Shown: one piece after another, positions 47,401 through 59,400 of the stretch
Layout: every line of letters starts with the position of its first letter
Position numbering within the stretch: the stretch's first letter is position 1
Source: Eledone cirrhosa
Taxonomy: Eukaryota
Reading direction: 5' to 3'
Assembly: GCA_964016885.1 (NCBI GenBank)
Contig: OZ024744.1
Span: 9,610,001-9,674,000 of the forward strand
Length of the DNA: 64,000 nucleotides
Program-made: the position numbers and the translations under genes
The notes under the pieces: model-generated
The model's database searches: none
Told to the model about the DNA's origin: nothing
Seen by the model: only the letters and a program-made list of their open reading frames with translations

Positions 47401-50400
47401 TATGGTCTATTGTGGTGTGGTGTGGTGTGGTGTGGTGTGGTGTAGTTTGGTGTAGTATAGTGTGGTGTAGTTTAGTGTGGTGTGGTGTGGTGTAGTATAT
47501 AGTGGTGTAGTACAGTGTAGTGTGGTGTGGTGTGGTATAGTGTAGTGTAGTGTGGTGTGGTGTAGTGTAGTATAGTGTGGTGTGGTGTAGTGTGGTGTTG
47601 TGCAGTGTAGTGTAGTGTGGTGTAGTGTAGTGTGGTGTAGTGTAATGTAGTATAGTGTGGTGTAATGGAGTGTAGTGTGGTGTGGTGTAGTTTAGTATAG
47701 TGCAGTGTAGTGTGGTGTGGTGTAGTGTAGTTTGGTGTGGTGTGGTGTGGTGTGGTGTAGTGTAGTGTGGTGTAGTGTGACGTGATCTAGTGTGGTATAG
47801 TGTAGGGTTGTGTGGTGTGGTGTAGTGTAGTGTAGTACTGTGTAGTGTGGTGTAGTGTGGTGTGGTGTAGCATGGTGTAGTGTGGTGTGGTGTGGTGTAG
47901 TGTGGTGTAGTGTAGTGTGGTGTGGTGTAGTATAGCGTGGTTTCGTGTGGTGTGGTGTAGTGTAGTGTGGTGTGGTGTAGTGTGGTGCAGTGTAGTGTGG
48001 TGTAGTGTGGTGTAGTGTGGTGTGGTGTAGTGTAGTGTAGTGTGGTGTAGTGTAGTGTAGTGTAATGTATGGCAGTGTGGTGTAGTGTGGTAGCTGTAGT
48101 GTAGTGTAGTGTAATGTAGGGTAGTGTGGTGTAGTGCAGTGTGGTGTAGTGTGGTGTGGTGTAGTGTGGTGTGGTGTAGTGTAGTGTGGTGTGGTGCAGT
48201 GTGGTGCAGTGTGGTGTAGTGTAGTGTAGTGCAATGTAGTGTGGTGTAATGTGGTGTGGTGTAGTGTAGTGTGGTGTAGTGTAGTGTGGTGTAGTGTAGT
48301 GTGGTGTAGTGCAGTGTGGTGTAGTGTCGTGTAGTGTGGTGAGGTGTGGTGTAGTGCAGTGTGGTGCAGTGTAGTGTAGTGTGGTGTGGAGTGGTGGAGT
48401 GTAGTATAGTGTGGTGCAGTGTAGTGTAGTCTAGTGCAGTGTAGTTTAGTGTGGTGTGGTGTGGTGTGGTGTAGTGTGGTGTGGTGTAGTGTAGTATAGT
48501 GTGGTGTAGTACAGTGTAGTGTGGTGTGGTGTGTTATAGTGTAGTGTGGTGCAGTGTAGTGTAGTGCAGTGTGGTGTGGTGCAATGTAGTGTAGTGTGGT
48601 GTGGTCTATTGTGGTGTAGTGTTGTGTGGTGTGGTGTAGTGTAGTGTGGTGTAGTGTGGTGTAGTGCAGTGTGGTGCAGTATAGTGTGGTGTAGTGTGGT
48701 GCAGTGTAGTGTAGTGTAGTGTGGTGTAGTGTGGTGTGGTGTGGTGTAGTATATAGTGGTGTAGTAAAGTGTAGTGTGGTGTAGTGTAGTGTGGTGTAGT
48801 GTGGTGTGGTGTGGTATAGTGTAGTGTAGTGTGGTGTAGTGTAGTGTGGTGTGGTGTAGCGTGGTGTGGTGTAGTGTAGTGTAGTGTAGTATAGTGTGGT
48901 GTAGTCCAGTGTAGTGTGTTGTGGTGTAGTTTAGTATAGTGCAGTGTCGTGTGGTGTGGTGTAGTGAAGTGTGGTGCAGTGTGGTGTGGTGTAGTGTAGT
49001 GTGGTGTAGTGTGATGTGGTCTAGTGTGGTGTAGTGTAGGGTTGTGTGGTGTGGTGTAGTGTAGTACAGTGTAGTGTGGTGTAGTGCGGTGCAGTGTAGT
49101 GTGGTGTGGTGTAGCGTGGTGTGGTGCAGTGTGGTGTGGTATGGTGTAGTGTGGTGTGGTGTGGTGCGGTGTGGTGTAGTATAGTGTGGTGTAGTGTAGT
49201 GTAGGGTAGTGTGGTGTAGTGCAGTGTGGTGTAGTGTGGTGTAGTGTGGTGTGGTGTAGTGTAGTGTGGTGTAGTGTGGTGTGGTGTAGTGTAGTGTAGT
49301 GTAGTATAGTGTGGTGTAGTGCAATGTATTGTGGTGTAATGTGTTGTAGTGTGGTGTAGTGCAGTGTGGTGCATTGTAGTGTGGTGTAGTGTAGTGTAAT
49401 GTAGGGTAGTGTGGTGTAGTGCACTGTGGTGTGGTGTGGTGTAGTGTGGTGTAGTGTAGTGTGGTGCAGTGTAGTGTGGTGTGGTGTGGTGTGGTGTAGT
49501 GTAGTATAGTGTGGTGTAGTGCAATGTAGTGTGGTGTGGTGTAGTGTAGTATAGTGTGGTGTAGTGTAGTGCAGTGTAGTGTAGTGCAGTGTGGTGTAGT
49601 GTAGTGTGGTGTAGTGTGGTGTAGTGCAGTGTAGTGCAGTGTAGTGTAGTGTGGTGTGGAGTGGTATAGTATAGTGTGGTGCAGTGCAGTGTAGTGTGGT
49701 GTAGTGTAATGTGGTGTGGTGTAGTGTGGTGTGGTGTAGTGTAGTGCAGTGTAGTGTAGTGTGGTGTAGTGTTGTGTAGTGTGGTGTAGTGTAGTGTGGT
49801 GTGGTGCAGTGCAGTGCAGTGTAGTGTGGTGTAGTGTGGTGTAGTATAGTGTGGTGTGGTGTAATGTGGTGTGGTGTAGTGTAGTATAGTGTAGTGTGGT
49901 GTAGTGTAGTGTGGTGTAGTGCAGTGTGGTGTAGTGAGGTGTGGTGTAGTGTCGTGTAGTGCAGTGTGGTGCAGTGTAGTGTGGTGTATTGTAGTATAGT
50001 GTGGTGCAGTGCAGTGTAGTGTGGTGTGGTTTAGTGTAGTGTACTGTGGTTTAGTGTAGTGTAGTGTAGTGCGGTGTGGTGTAGTGTAGTGTGGCGTAGT
50101 GTGGTGTGGTGCAGTGTCGTGTGGTGTGGTGTAGGTGGTGTAGTGCGGTGTAGTGTGGTGTAGTGCAGTGTGGTTTAGTGTAGTGTGGCGTAGTGTGGTG
50201 TGGTGTAGTGTGGTGTAGTGTAGTGTAGTGTAGTGTGGTGTAGTGCAGTGTGGTGCAGTGTAGTGTGGTGTAGGTAGTGTGATGTAGGTAGTGTGGTTTA
50301 GTGTGGTGTGGTGTAGTGTAGTGTGCTGTAGTGCAGTGTGGTGTAGTGTGGTGCAGTGTAGTGTAGTGTGGTGTGGTGTGGTGTAGTGCAGTGTGGTGTG

Positions 50401-53400
50401 GTGTAGTGTAGTGTGGTGTGGTGTAGTGTGGTGTAGTGCAATGTAGTATAGTGTGGTGTAGTGCGGTATGGTCTATTGTGGTGTGGTGTAGTATAGTGTG
50501 GTGTGGTGTGGTGTAGTATATAGTGGTGTAGTACAGTGTAGTGTGGTGTGGTGTGGTATAGTGTAGTGTAGTGTGGTGTGGTGTAGTGTAGTGTGGTGTA
50601 GTGTAGTATAGTGTGGTGTGGTGTAGTGTAGTGTTGTGCAGTGTAGTGTAGTGTGGTGTAGTGTAGTGTGGTGTAGTGTAGTGTAGTATAGTGTGGTGTA
50701 ATGGAGTGTAGTGTGGTGTGGTGTAGTTTAGTATAGTGCAGTGTAGTGTGGTGTGGTGTAGTGTAGTTTGGTGTGGTGTAGTGTGACGTGATCTAGTGTG
50801 GTGTAGTGTAGGGTTGTGTGGTGTGGTGTAGTGTGGTGTAGTGTAGTACTGTGTAGTGTGGTGCAGTGTAGTGTGGTGTGGTGTAGCATGGTGTAGTGTG
50901 GTGTGGTGTAGTGTGGTGTAGTGTAGTGTGGTGTGGTGTAGTATAGCGTGGTTTCGTGTGGTGTGGTGTAGTGTAGTGTGGTGCAGTGTAGTGTGGTGTA
51001 GTGTGGTGTGGTGTAGTGTAGTGTAGTGTAATGTATGGCAGTGTGGTGTAGTGTGGTAGCTGTAGTGTAGTGTAGTGTAATGTAGGGTAGTGTGGTGTAG
51101 TGCAGTGTGGTGTAGTGTGGTGTGGTGTAGTGTGGTGTGGTGTGGTGTAGTGTAGTGTGGTGTGGTGCAGTGTAGTGTAGTGTGGTGCAGTGTGGTGTAG
51201 TGTAGTGTAGTGCAATGTAGTGTGGTGTAATGTGGTGTGGTGTAGTGTAGTGTGGTGTAGTGTAGTGTGGTGTAGTGTAGTGTGGTGTAGTGCAGTGTGG
51301 TGTAGTGTCGTGTAGTGTAGTGAGGTGTGGTGTAGTGCAGTGTGGTGTAGTGTGGTGTGGAGTGGTGGAGTGTAGTATAGTGTGGTGCAGTGTAGTGTAG
51401 TCTAGTGCAGTGTAGTTTAGTGTGGTGTGGTGTAGTGTGGTGTGGTGTAGTGTAGTATAGTGTGGTGTAGTACAGTGTAGTGTGGTGTGGTGTGTTATAG
51501 TGTAGTGTGGTGCAGTGTAGTGTAGTGCAGTGTGGTGTGGTGTGGTGCAGTGTAGTGTGGTGTGGTCTATTGTGGTGTAGTGTTGTGTGGTGTGGTGTAG
51601 TGTGGTGTAGTGTAGTGTGGTGTAGTGTGGTGTAGTGCAGTGTGGTGCAGTATAGTGTGGTGCAGTGTAGTGTGGTGTAGTGTGGTGTGGTATATAGTGG
51701 TGTAGTAAAGTGTAGTGTGGTGTAGTGTAGTGTGGTGTAGTGTGGTGTGGTGTGGTATAGTGTAGTGTGGTGTGGTGTAGTGTAGTGTAGTGTAGTGTAA
51801 TGTGGTGTGGTGTAGTGTAGTGTAGTGTAATGTAGTGTGGTGTGGTGTAGTGCAGTGTGGTGCAGTGTAGTGTGGTGTGGTGTAGTGTGGTGTAGTGCAG
51901 TGTAGTGAAGTGTAGTGTGGTGTAGTGTAGAGCAGTGTGGTGTAGTGTAGTGTGGTGTAGTGTGGTTTGGTCTAGTGTGGTGTAGTGTAGTGTTGTGTGG
52001 TGTGGTGTAGTGTAGTGTGGGGTAGTGTATTGTGGTGTGGTGTAGTGTAGTGAGGTGTAGTGTAGTGTGGTGTGGTGTAGTATAGTGTGGTGTGGTGTAG
52101 TGTGGTGTAGTGTAGTGTGGTGTGGTGTGGTGTAGTGTGGTGCAGTGTAGTGTAGTGTGGTGCAGTGTAGTGTGGTGTGGTGTGGTGTAGTGCAATGTAG
52201 TGTGGTGTAGTGTAGTGTGGTGTAGTGTCTTGTAGTGTAGTGAGGTGTGGTGTAGTGTAGTGCAGTGTGGTGCAGTGTAGTGTAGTGTGGTGCAGTGTAG
52301 TGAGGTGTGGTGTAGTGTAGTGCAGTGTGGTGCAGTGTAGTGTAGTGTGGTGCAGTGTAGTGTAGTGTGGTGTGGAGTGGTGGAGTGTAGTATATTGTGG
52401 TGCAGTGTAGTGTGGTGTGGTGTAGTGTAGTCTAGTGTAGTGTAGTTTAGTGTGGTGTGATGTGGTGTAGTGTAGTGTAGTGTGGTGTGGTGTAGTGTAG
52501 TATAGTGTGGTGTAGTGTGTTACAGTGTAGTGTGGTGCAGTGTAGTGTAGTGCAGTGTGGTGTGGTGCAATGTAGTGTAGTGTGGTGTGGTCTATTGTGG
52601 TGTAGTGTGGTGTGGTGTAGTGTGGTGTGCTGTAGTGTGGTGTAGTGTAGTGTGGTGTAGTGTGGTGTAGTGCAGTGTGGTGCAGTATAGTGTGGTGTAG
52701 TGTGGTGCAGTGTAGTGTAGTGTAGTGTGGTGTGGTGTAGTATATAGTGGTGTAGTAAAGTGTAGTATGGTGTAGTGTAGTGTGGTGTAGTGTGGTGTGG
52801 TGTGGTATAGTGTAGTGTAGTGTAGTGTAATGTGGTGTGGTGTAGTGTAGTGTGGTGCACTGTAGTGTAGTGTAGTATAGTGCAGTGTAGTGTAGTGTAA
52901 TGTGGTGTGGTGTAATGTAGTATAGTGCAGTGTAGTGTGGTGTAGTGTAGCGTCTGGTAGTGCAGTGTAGTGTGGTGTGGCGTAGTGTAGTGCAGTGTGG
53001 TGCAGTGTAGTGTAGTGTGGTGTAGTGTGGTGCTGTGTAGTGTGGTGTAGTGTAGTGTGGTGTGGTGTAGTATAGTGTGGTGTAGTGCTGTGTAGTGCAG
53101 TGTGGTGCAATGTAGTGTAGTGTGGTGTCGTGTAGTGTGGTTCAGTGTAGTGTGGTGTAGTGCAGTGTAGTGTGGTGTGGTGCAGTGTAGTGTAGTGTGG
53201 TGTTGTCTAGTGTGGTGTAGTGTTGTGTGGTGTAGTGCAGTGTGGTGCAGTGTAGTGTGGTGTAGTGTGGTGCAGTGTAGTGTAGTGTGGTGTAGTGTAG
53301 TGTGGTGTAGAGTAGTGTAGTGTGGTGTAGTGCAGTATGGTGTAGTGCAGTCTGGTGCAATGTAGTGAAGTGTAGTGTTGTGTAGTGTGGTGTGGTGTGG

Positions 53401-56400
53401 TGTAGTGTAGTGTGGTGTGGTGTGGTGTAGTGTGGTGTGGTGCAGTGTGGTGCAGTGTAGTGTAGTTTGGTGTGGTTTAGTGTGGTGTAGTGTACTGTGG
53501 TGTGGTGTGGTGTAGTGTGGTGTATTGTAGTGTGGTGTAGTGTGGTGTAGTGCAGTGTGGTGTGGTGTGGTGCAGTGTAGTGTAGTGTAGTGTGGTGTGG
53601 TGTAGTGTGGTCTAGTGTAGTGTGGTATGGTGTGGTGTTGTGTAGTGTGGTGTGGTGTAGTGTGGTGTGGTGTAGTGTGGTGTGGTGCAGTGTAGTGTGG
53701 TATGGTGTATTGTAGTGTGGTATAGTGTAGTGTAATGTAGGGCAGTGTGGTGTAGTGCAGTGTGGTGTAGTGTGGTGTGGTGTAGTGTGGTGTAGTGTAG
53801 TGTAGTGTAGTGTGGTGTAGTGTAGTGTGGTGTAGTGTAGTGTGGTGCAGTATAGTGTAGTGTGGTGTGGTTTAGTGTAGTGTGGTGCAGTGTGGTGTAG
53901 TGTAGTGTATTATGGTGTGGTGTAGTGCAGTGTAGTGTGGTGTAATGTGATGTGGTGTAGTGTAGTATAGTGCAGTGTAGTGTAGTGTGGTGTAGTGTGG
54001 TGTGGTGTAGTGTGGTGTGGTCTAGTGTGGTGTAGTGTTGTGTAGTGTGGTGTAGTGTAGTGCAGTGTGGTGCAGTGTGGTGTGGTGTAGTGTGGTGTAG
54101 TGTGGAGTGGTGTAGTGTGGTGTAGTGTGGTGTGGTGTGGTGTAGTATAGTGTGGTGTGGTGTAGTGTGCTGTAGTGCAGTGTGGTGTGGTGTAGTGTGG
54201 TGTAGTGCAGTGTGGTACAGTGTAGTGTGGTGTGGTGCAGCGTAGTGTAGCGTGGTATGGTGTGGTGTAGTGTAGTGTGGTGTAGTGTGGTGCAGTGTAG
54301 TGTAGTGTGGTGTGGTGTGGTGTAGTGTAGTGTAGTATAGTGCAGTGTAGTGGTGTAATGTAGTGTCGTGCAGTGTAGTGCAGTGTAGTGTGGTGTGGTG
54401 TAGTGCAGTGTAGTGTAGTGTAGTGTGGTGTACTGCAGTGTAGTGTGGTGTAGTGTAGTGCAGTGTGGTGCAGTGTAGTGTAGCGTAGTGTGGCGTAGTG
54501 TGGTGTAGTGTGGTGTGGTGTGGTGTAGTGTGGTGTAGTGTAGTGTGGTGTGGTGTAGTATAGTGTGGTGTGGTGTAGTATCGTATGGTGTGGTGTAGTG
54601 TAGTGTGGTGTGGTGTAGTGTGGTGTAGTGTAGTGTGGTGTGTTGTAGTGTAGTGTAATGAAGTGTGGTGTATAGTACTGTAGTGTGGTGTGGTGTGGTG
54701 TAGTATAGTGTGGTGTAGTGTAGTGTAGTATGGTGTAGTGTAGTGTAATGAAGTGTGGTGTAGTGTGGTGTAGTGTAGTGTGGTGTAGTGTAGTGTATAC
54801 TAATGTGGTGTGGTGTAATGTAGGGTGGTGTGGTGTAGTGTAGTGTAGTGTAGTATGGTGTAGTGTAGTGTAATGAAGTGTGGTGTAGTGAAGTGTGGTG
54901 TAATGAAGTGTAGTGTAGTGTAGTGTAGTGTGGTGTATTGCAGTGTGGTGTAGTGTAGTGTGGTGTGGTGTAGTGTAATGAAGTGTGGTGTAGTGTGGTG
55001 TGGTGTAGTGTGGTGTGGTGTAGTGTGGTGTGGTGTGGTGTGGTGTAGTGTGGTGTAGTGTAGTATGGTGTAGTGTAGTGTAGTGTGGTGTGGTGTAGTA
55101 TAGTGTAGTGTGGTGTGGTGTGGTGTAGTGTAGTGTAGTGTAGTGTAGTGTGGTGTCTTGCAGTGTGGTGTGGTGTAGTGTAATGAAGTGTGGTGTAGTG
55201 TAGTGTGGTGTAGTATAGTCTGGTGTAGAGTAGTGTAGTATGGTGTAGTGTAGTGTAATGAAGTGTGGTGTAGTGAAGTGTGGTGTAATGAAGTTTAGTG
55301 TAGTGTAGTGTAGTGTAGTGTGGTGTATTGCAGTGTGGTGTAGTGTAGTGTGGTGTGGTGTAGTGTAATGAAGTGTGGTGTAGTGTAGTGTAGTGTGGTG
55401 CAGTGTGGTGTGGTGTAGTGTGGGGTAGTGTAGTGTGGTGTGGTGTAGTGTGGTGTGGTGTAATAAGGTGTAGTGTGGTGTGGTGTGGTGCAGTGTAGTG
55501 TGGTGTAGTGCAGTGTGGTGTAGTGTGGTGTGGTCTAGTGTGGTGTGGTGTAGTGTAGTGTGGTGTAGTGCAGTGTGGTACAGTGTAGTGTAGTGTTGTT
55601 TGGTTTAGTGTGCTGCAGTGTAGTGTAGTGTGGTGTGGTGTAGTGTGGTGAAGTGTAGTGTAGTGTGGTGTGGTGTAGTGTAATATAGTGTGGTGTAGTA
55701 CAGTGTGGTGTGGTGTGGTATAGTGTAGTGTAGTGTAGTGTGGTGCAGTGTAGTGTAGTGTTATGTGGTGTAGTGTAGTGTAGTGTGGTGTGGTGCAGTG
55801 TAGTGTAGTGTGGTGTAGTGCAGTGTGGTCTAGTGTGGTGTAGTGCAGTGTGGTGTAATGTGGTGTGGTCTATTGTGGTGTTGTGTTGTGTGGTGTAGTG
55901 TAGTGCGGTGTGGTGTGGTGTAGTGCAGTGTGGTGCAGTGTAGTGTAGTGTGGTGTAGTGTTGTGCAGTGTATCGTAGTGTGGTGTAGTGTGGTGTGGTG
56001 TGGTGTAGTGTAGTATATAGTGGTGTAGTACAGTGTAGTGTGGTGTAGTGTGGTGTGGTGTAGTGTAGTGTAGTGTGGTGCAGTGTAGTGTAGTGTGGTG
56101 TGGTGTAATGTGGTGCAGTGTAGTGTAGTGTATTGTGGTGCAGTGTAGTGTGGTGTGGTGTAGTGCAGTGTAGTGTAGTGTGGTGTAGAGCAGTGTGGTG
56201 TAGTGTGGTGTGGTCTAGTGTGGTGTAGTGTTGTGTGGTGTGGTGTAGTGTAGTGTAGTGCAGTGTAGTGTAGTGTGGTGTAGTGTGGTGCAGTGTAGTG
56301 TGGTGTAGTGTGGTGTGGTGTAGTGTAGTATAGTGTGGTGTGGTGCAGTGTAGTGTAGTGTGGTGTGGTTTAGTGTGGTGTAGTGTAATGTGGTGTGGTG

Positions 56401-59400
56401 TAGTGTGGTGTAGTGTAGTGTGGAGTGGTGTGGTGTAGTGTGGTGTAGTGCAGTGTGGTGTAGGGTAGTGTGGTGTAGTGCAGTGTGGTGTAGTGTAGTG
56501 TTGTGTAATGTGGTGTAGTGCAGTGTGGTGCAGTGTAGTGTAGTGTGGTGTCGTGTAGTGTGATGCAGTGTAGTGTGGTGTGGTGTGGTGTAGTGTGGTG
56601 TAGTGCAGTGTGGTGTAGTGTAGTGTGGTGTGGTGTAGTGTAGTGTAGTGTGGTGTAGTGTAGTGTGGTGTAAGGTGGTGTGGTATAGTGTAGTGTGGTG
56701 CAGTGTAGTGTGGTGTGGTGTAGTGTGGTGTAGTGTAGTATAGTGTGGTGTAGTGCAGTGTAGTGTGGTGTGGTGTAGTGTAGTATAATGCAGTGTAGTG
56801 TGGTGTAATGTAGTGTCGTGTAGTGTAGTGCAGTGTGGTGCGATGTAGTGTGGTGTGGTGTAGTGTGGTGTAGTGCAGTGTGGTGTAGTGCAGTGTGGTG
56901 TCGTGTAGTGTGGTGTGGTGTAGTATAGTGCAGTGTAGTGTGGTGCAGTGTAGTGTGGTGTAATGTAGTGTTGTGTGGTGTAGTGCAGTGTGGTGCAATG
57001 TAGTGTGGTGTGGTCTAGTGTGGTGTAGTGCAGTGTGGTGTAGTGTAGTGTGGTGTAGTGTAGTGCAGTGTAGTGTAGTGTGGTGCAGTGTAGTGTGGTG
57101 TAGTGTAGTGTGGTGTGGTGTAGCGTGGTGTAGTGTGGTGTGGTGTAGTGTGGTGTAGTGTAGTGTGGTGTAGTGTAGTGTAGTGTAATGTAGGGTAGTG
57201 AGGTTTAGTGCAGTGTGGTGTAGTGTTGTGTAGTGTGGTGTAGTGCAGTGTGGTGCAGTGTAGTGTAGTGTAGTGTAGTGTGGTGTCGTGTAGTGTGGTG
57301 CAGTGTAGTGTGGTGTGCTGTGGTGTAGTGTGGAGTAGTGTGGTGTAGTGAAGTGTGGTGCAGTGTAGTGTAGTGTGGTGTGGTGTGGTGTAGTGTAGTA
57401 TAGTGCAGTGTAGTGTGGTGTAATGTAGTGTCGTATAGTGTAGTGTCGTGTGGTGTGGTGTAGTGTAGTGTGGTGCAGTATAGTGTAGTGTGGTGTAGTG
57501 TAGTATAGTGTGGTGTAGTGCAGTGTAGTGTAGTGTGGTGTGGTGTAGTGTAGTATAGTGCAGTATAGTGCAGTGTAGTGTGGTGTAATGTAGTGTCGTG
57601 TAGTGTAGTGTGGTGTGGTGTAGTGTGGTGCAATGTTGTGTGGTGTGGTGTAGTGCAGTGTAGTGTAGTGTGGTGTTGTGTGGTGTGGTGTAGTGTAGTG
57701 TAGTGCATTGTAGTGTAGTGTGGTGTACTGTAGTGTGGTCTGGTGTGGTGTAGTATAGTGTGGTATGGTGTAGTATAGTATGGTGTGGTGTAGTTTAGTG
57801 TGGTCTAGTTTAGTGTCGTGTCGTGTAGTATGGTGTGGTGTGTTGTAGTGTAGTGTAATGAAGTGTGGTGTATAGTATTATGGTGTAGTGTAGTGTAGTG
57901 TGGTGTGGTGTAGTACAGTGTGGTGTGGTGTAGTGTGGTGCAGTGTAGTGTAGTGTGCTGTGGTGTAGTGTGGTGTAGTGTAGTGTGGTGTAGTGTGGTG
58001 TAGTGTGGTGTGGTCTAGTGTGGTCTACTGTGGTGTAGTGTTGTGTGGTGTAATGTAGTGTAGTGTGGTGTAGTGTAGTGTGGTATGGTGTGGTGTTGTG
58101 TAGTGTGGTGTGGTGTAGTGTGGTGTAGTGTGGTGTGGTGCAGTGTAGTGTGGTGTAGTGCAGTGTGGTGTAGTGTAGTGTGGTGTGGTCTAGTGTTGTG
58201 TGGTGTAGTGCAGTGTGGTGCAGTGTAGTGTGGTGTAGTGTAGTGTAGTGTGGTGTTGTGTAGTGTAGTATAGTATGGTGTAGTACAGTGTTGTGTGGTG
58301 TGGTGTAGTGCAGTACAGTGTAGTGTGGTGTAGTTTAGTGTAGTGTGGTGCAGTGTAGTGTAGTGTGGTGTAGTGTGGTGTAGTGTAGTGTAGTATAGTG
58401 TGGTGTAGTGCAGTGTAGTGTGGTGTAATGTGGTGTGGTGTAGTGTAGTATAGTGTAGTGTAGTGTAGTGTAATGTGGTGTGGTGTAGTGTAGTATAGTG
58501 CAGTGTAGTGTGGTGTAGTGTAGTGCAGTGTGTTGTAGTGTAGTTGGGTGTGGTCTACTGTGGTGTAGTGTGGTGTAGTGTTGTGTGGTGTGGTGTAGTG
58601 TATTCTAGTGTAGTGCAGTGTAGTGTGGTGTGGTGTAGTGTGGTGTAGTGTGGTGTAGTGTAGTGTAGTGTAGTATAGTGCAGTGTAGTGTAGTGTGGTG
58701 TAGTGTAGTGTGGTGTAGTGCAGTGTGATGTAGTGTAGTGTGGTGTGGTCTAGTGTGGTGTAGTGTAGTGTGGTGTGGTGTTGTGTAGTGTGGTGTAGTG
58801 CAGTCTGGTGCAGTGTACTGTAGTGTGGTGTGGTGCAGTGTAGTGTGGTGTGGTGTAGTGTGGTGTAGTGCTGTGTGGTGCAGTTTAGTGTAGTGTAGTG
58901 TGGTGTAGTGTAGTGTGGTGTGGTGTAGCGTGGTGTAGTGTGGTGTGGTGTAGTGTGGTGTAGTGTAGTGTGGTGTAGTGTAGTATGGTGTGGTGTGGTG
59001 TAGTATAGTGTGGTGTGGTGTAGTATAGTATGGTGTGGTGTAGTGTAGTGTGGTGTAGTGTAGTGTGGTGTAGTGTGGTGTGGTGTGTTGTAGTGTAGTG
59101 TGATGAAGTGTGGTGTATAGTATTGTAGTGTGGTGTAGTGTAGTGTGGTGTGGTGTGGTGTCGTATAGTGTGGTTATGTGTAGTGTAATGAAGTTTGGTG
59201 TAGTGTAGTGTGGTGTAGTGTAGTGTAGTCTAATGTGGTGTGGTGTGGTGTGGTGTAATGTAGGGTGGTGTGGTGTAATGTAGTATGGTGTGGTGTAGTG
59301 TAGTGTAGTATGGTGTATTGTATTGTAATGAAGTGTGGTGTAGTGTAGTGTGGTGTAGTATAGTGTGGTGTAGAGCAGTGTAGTATGGTGTAGTGTAGTG

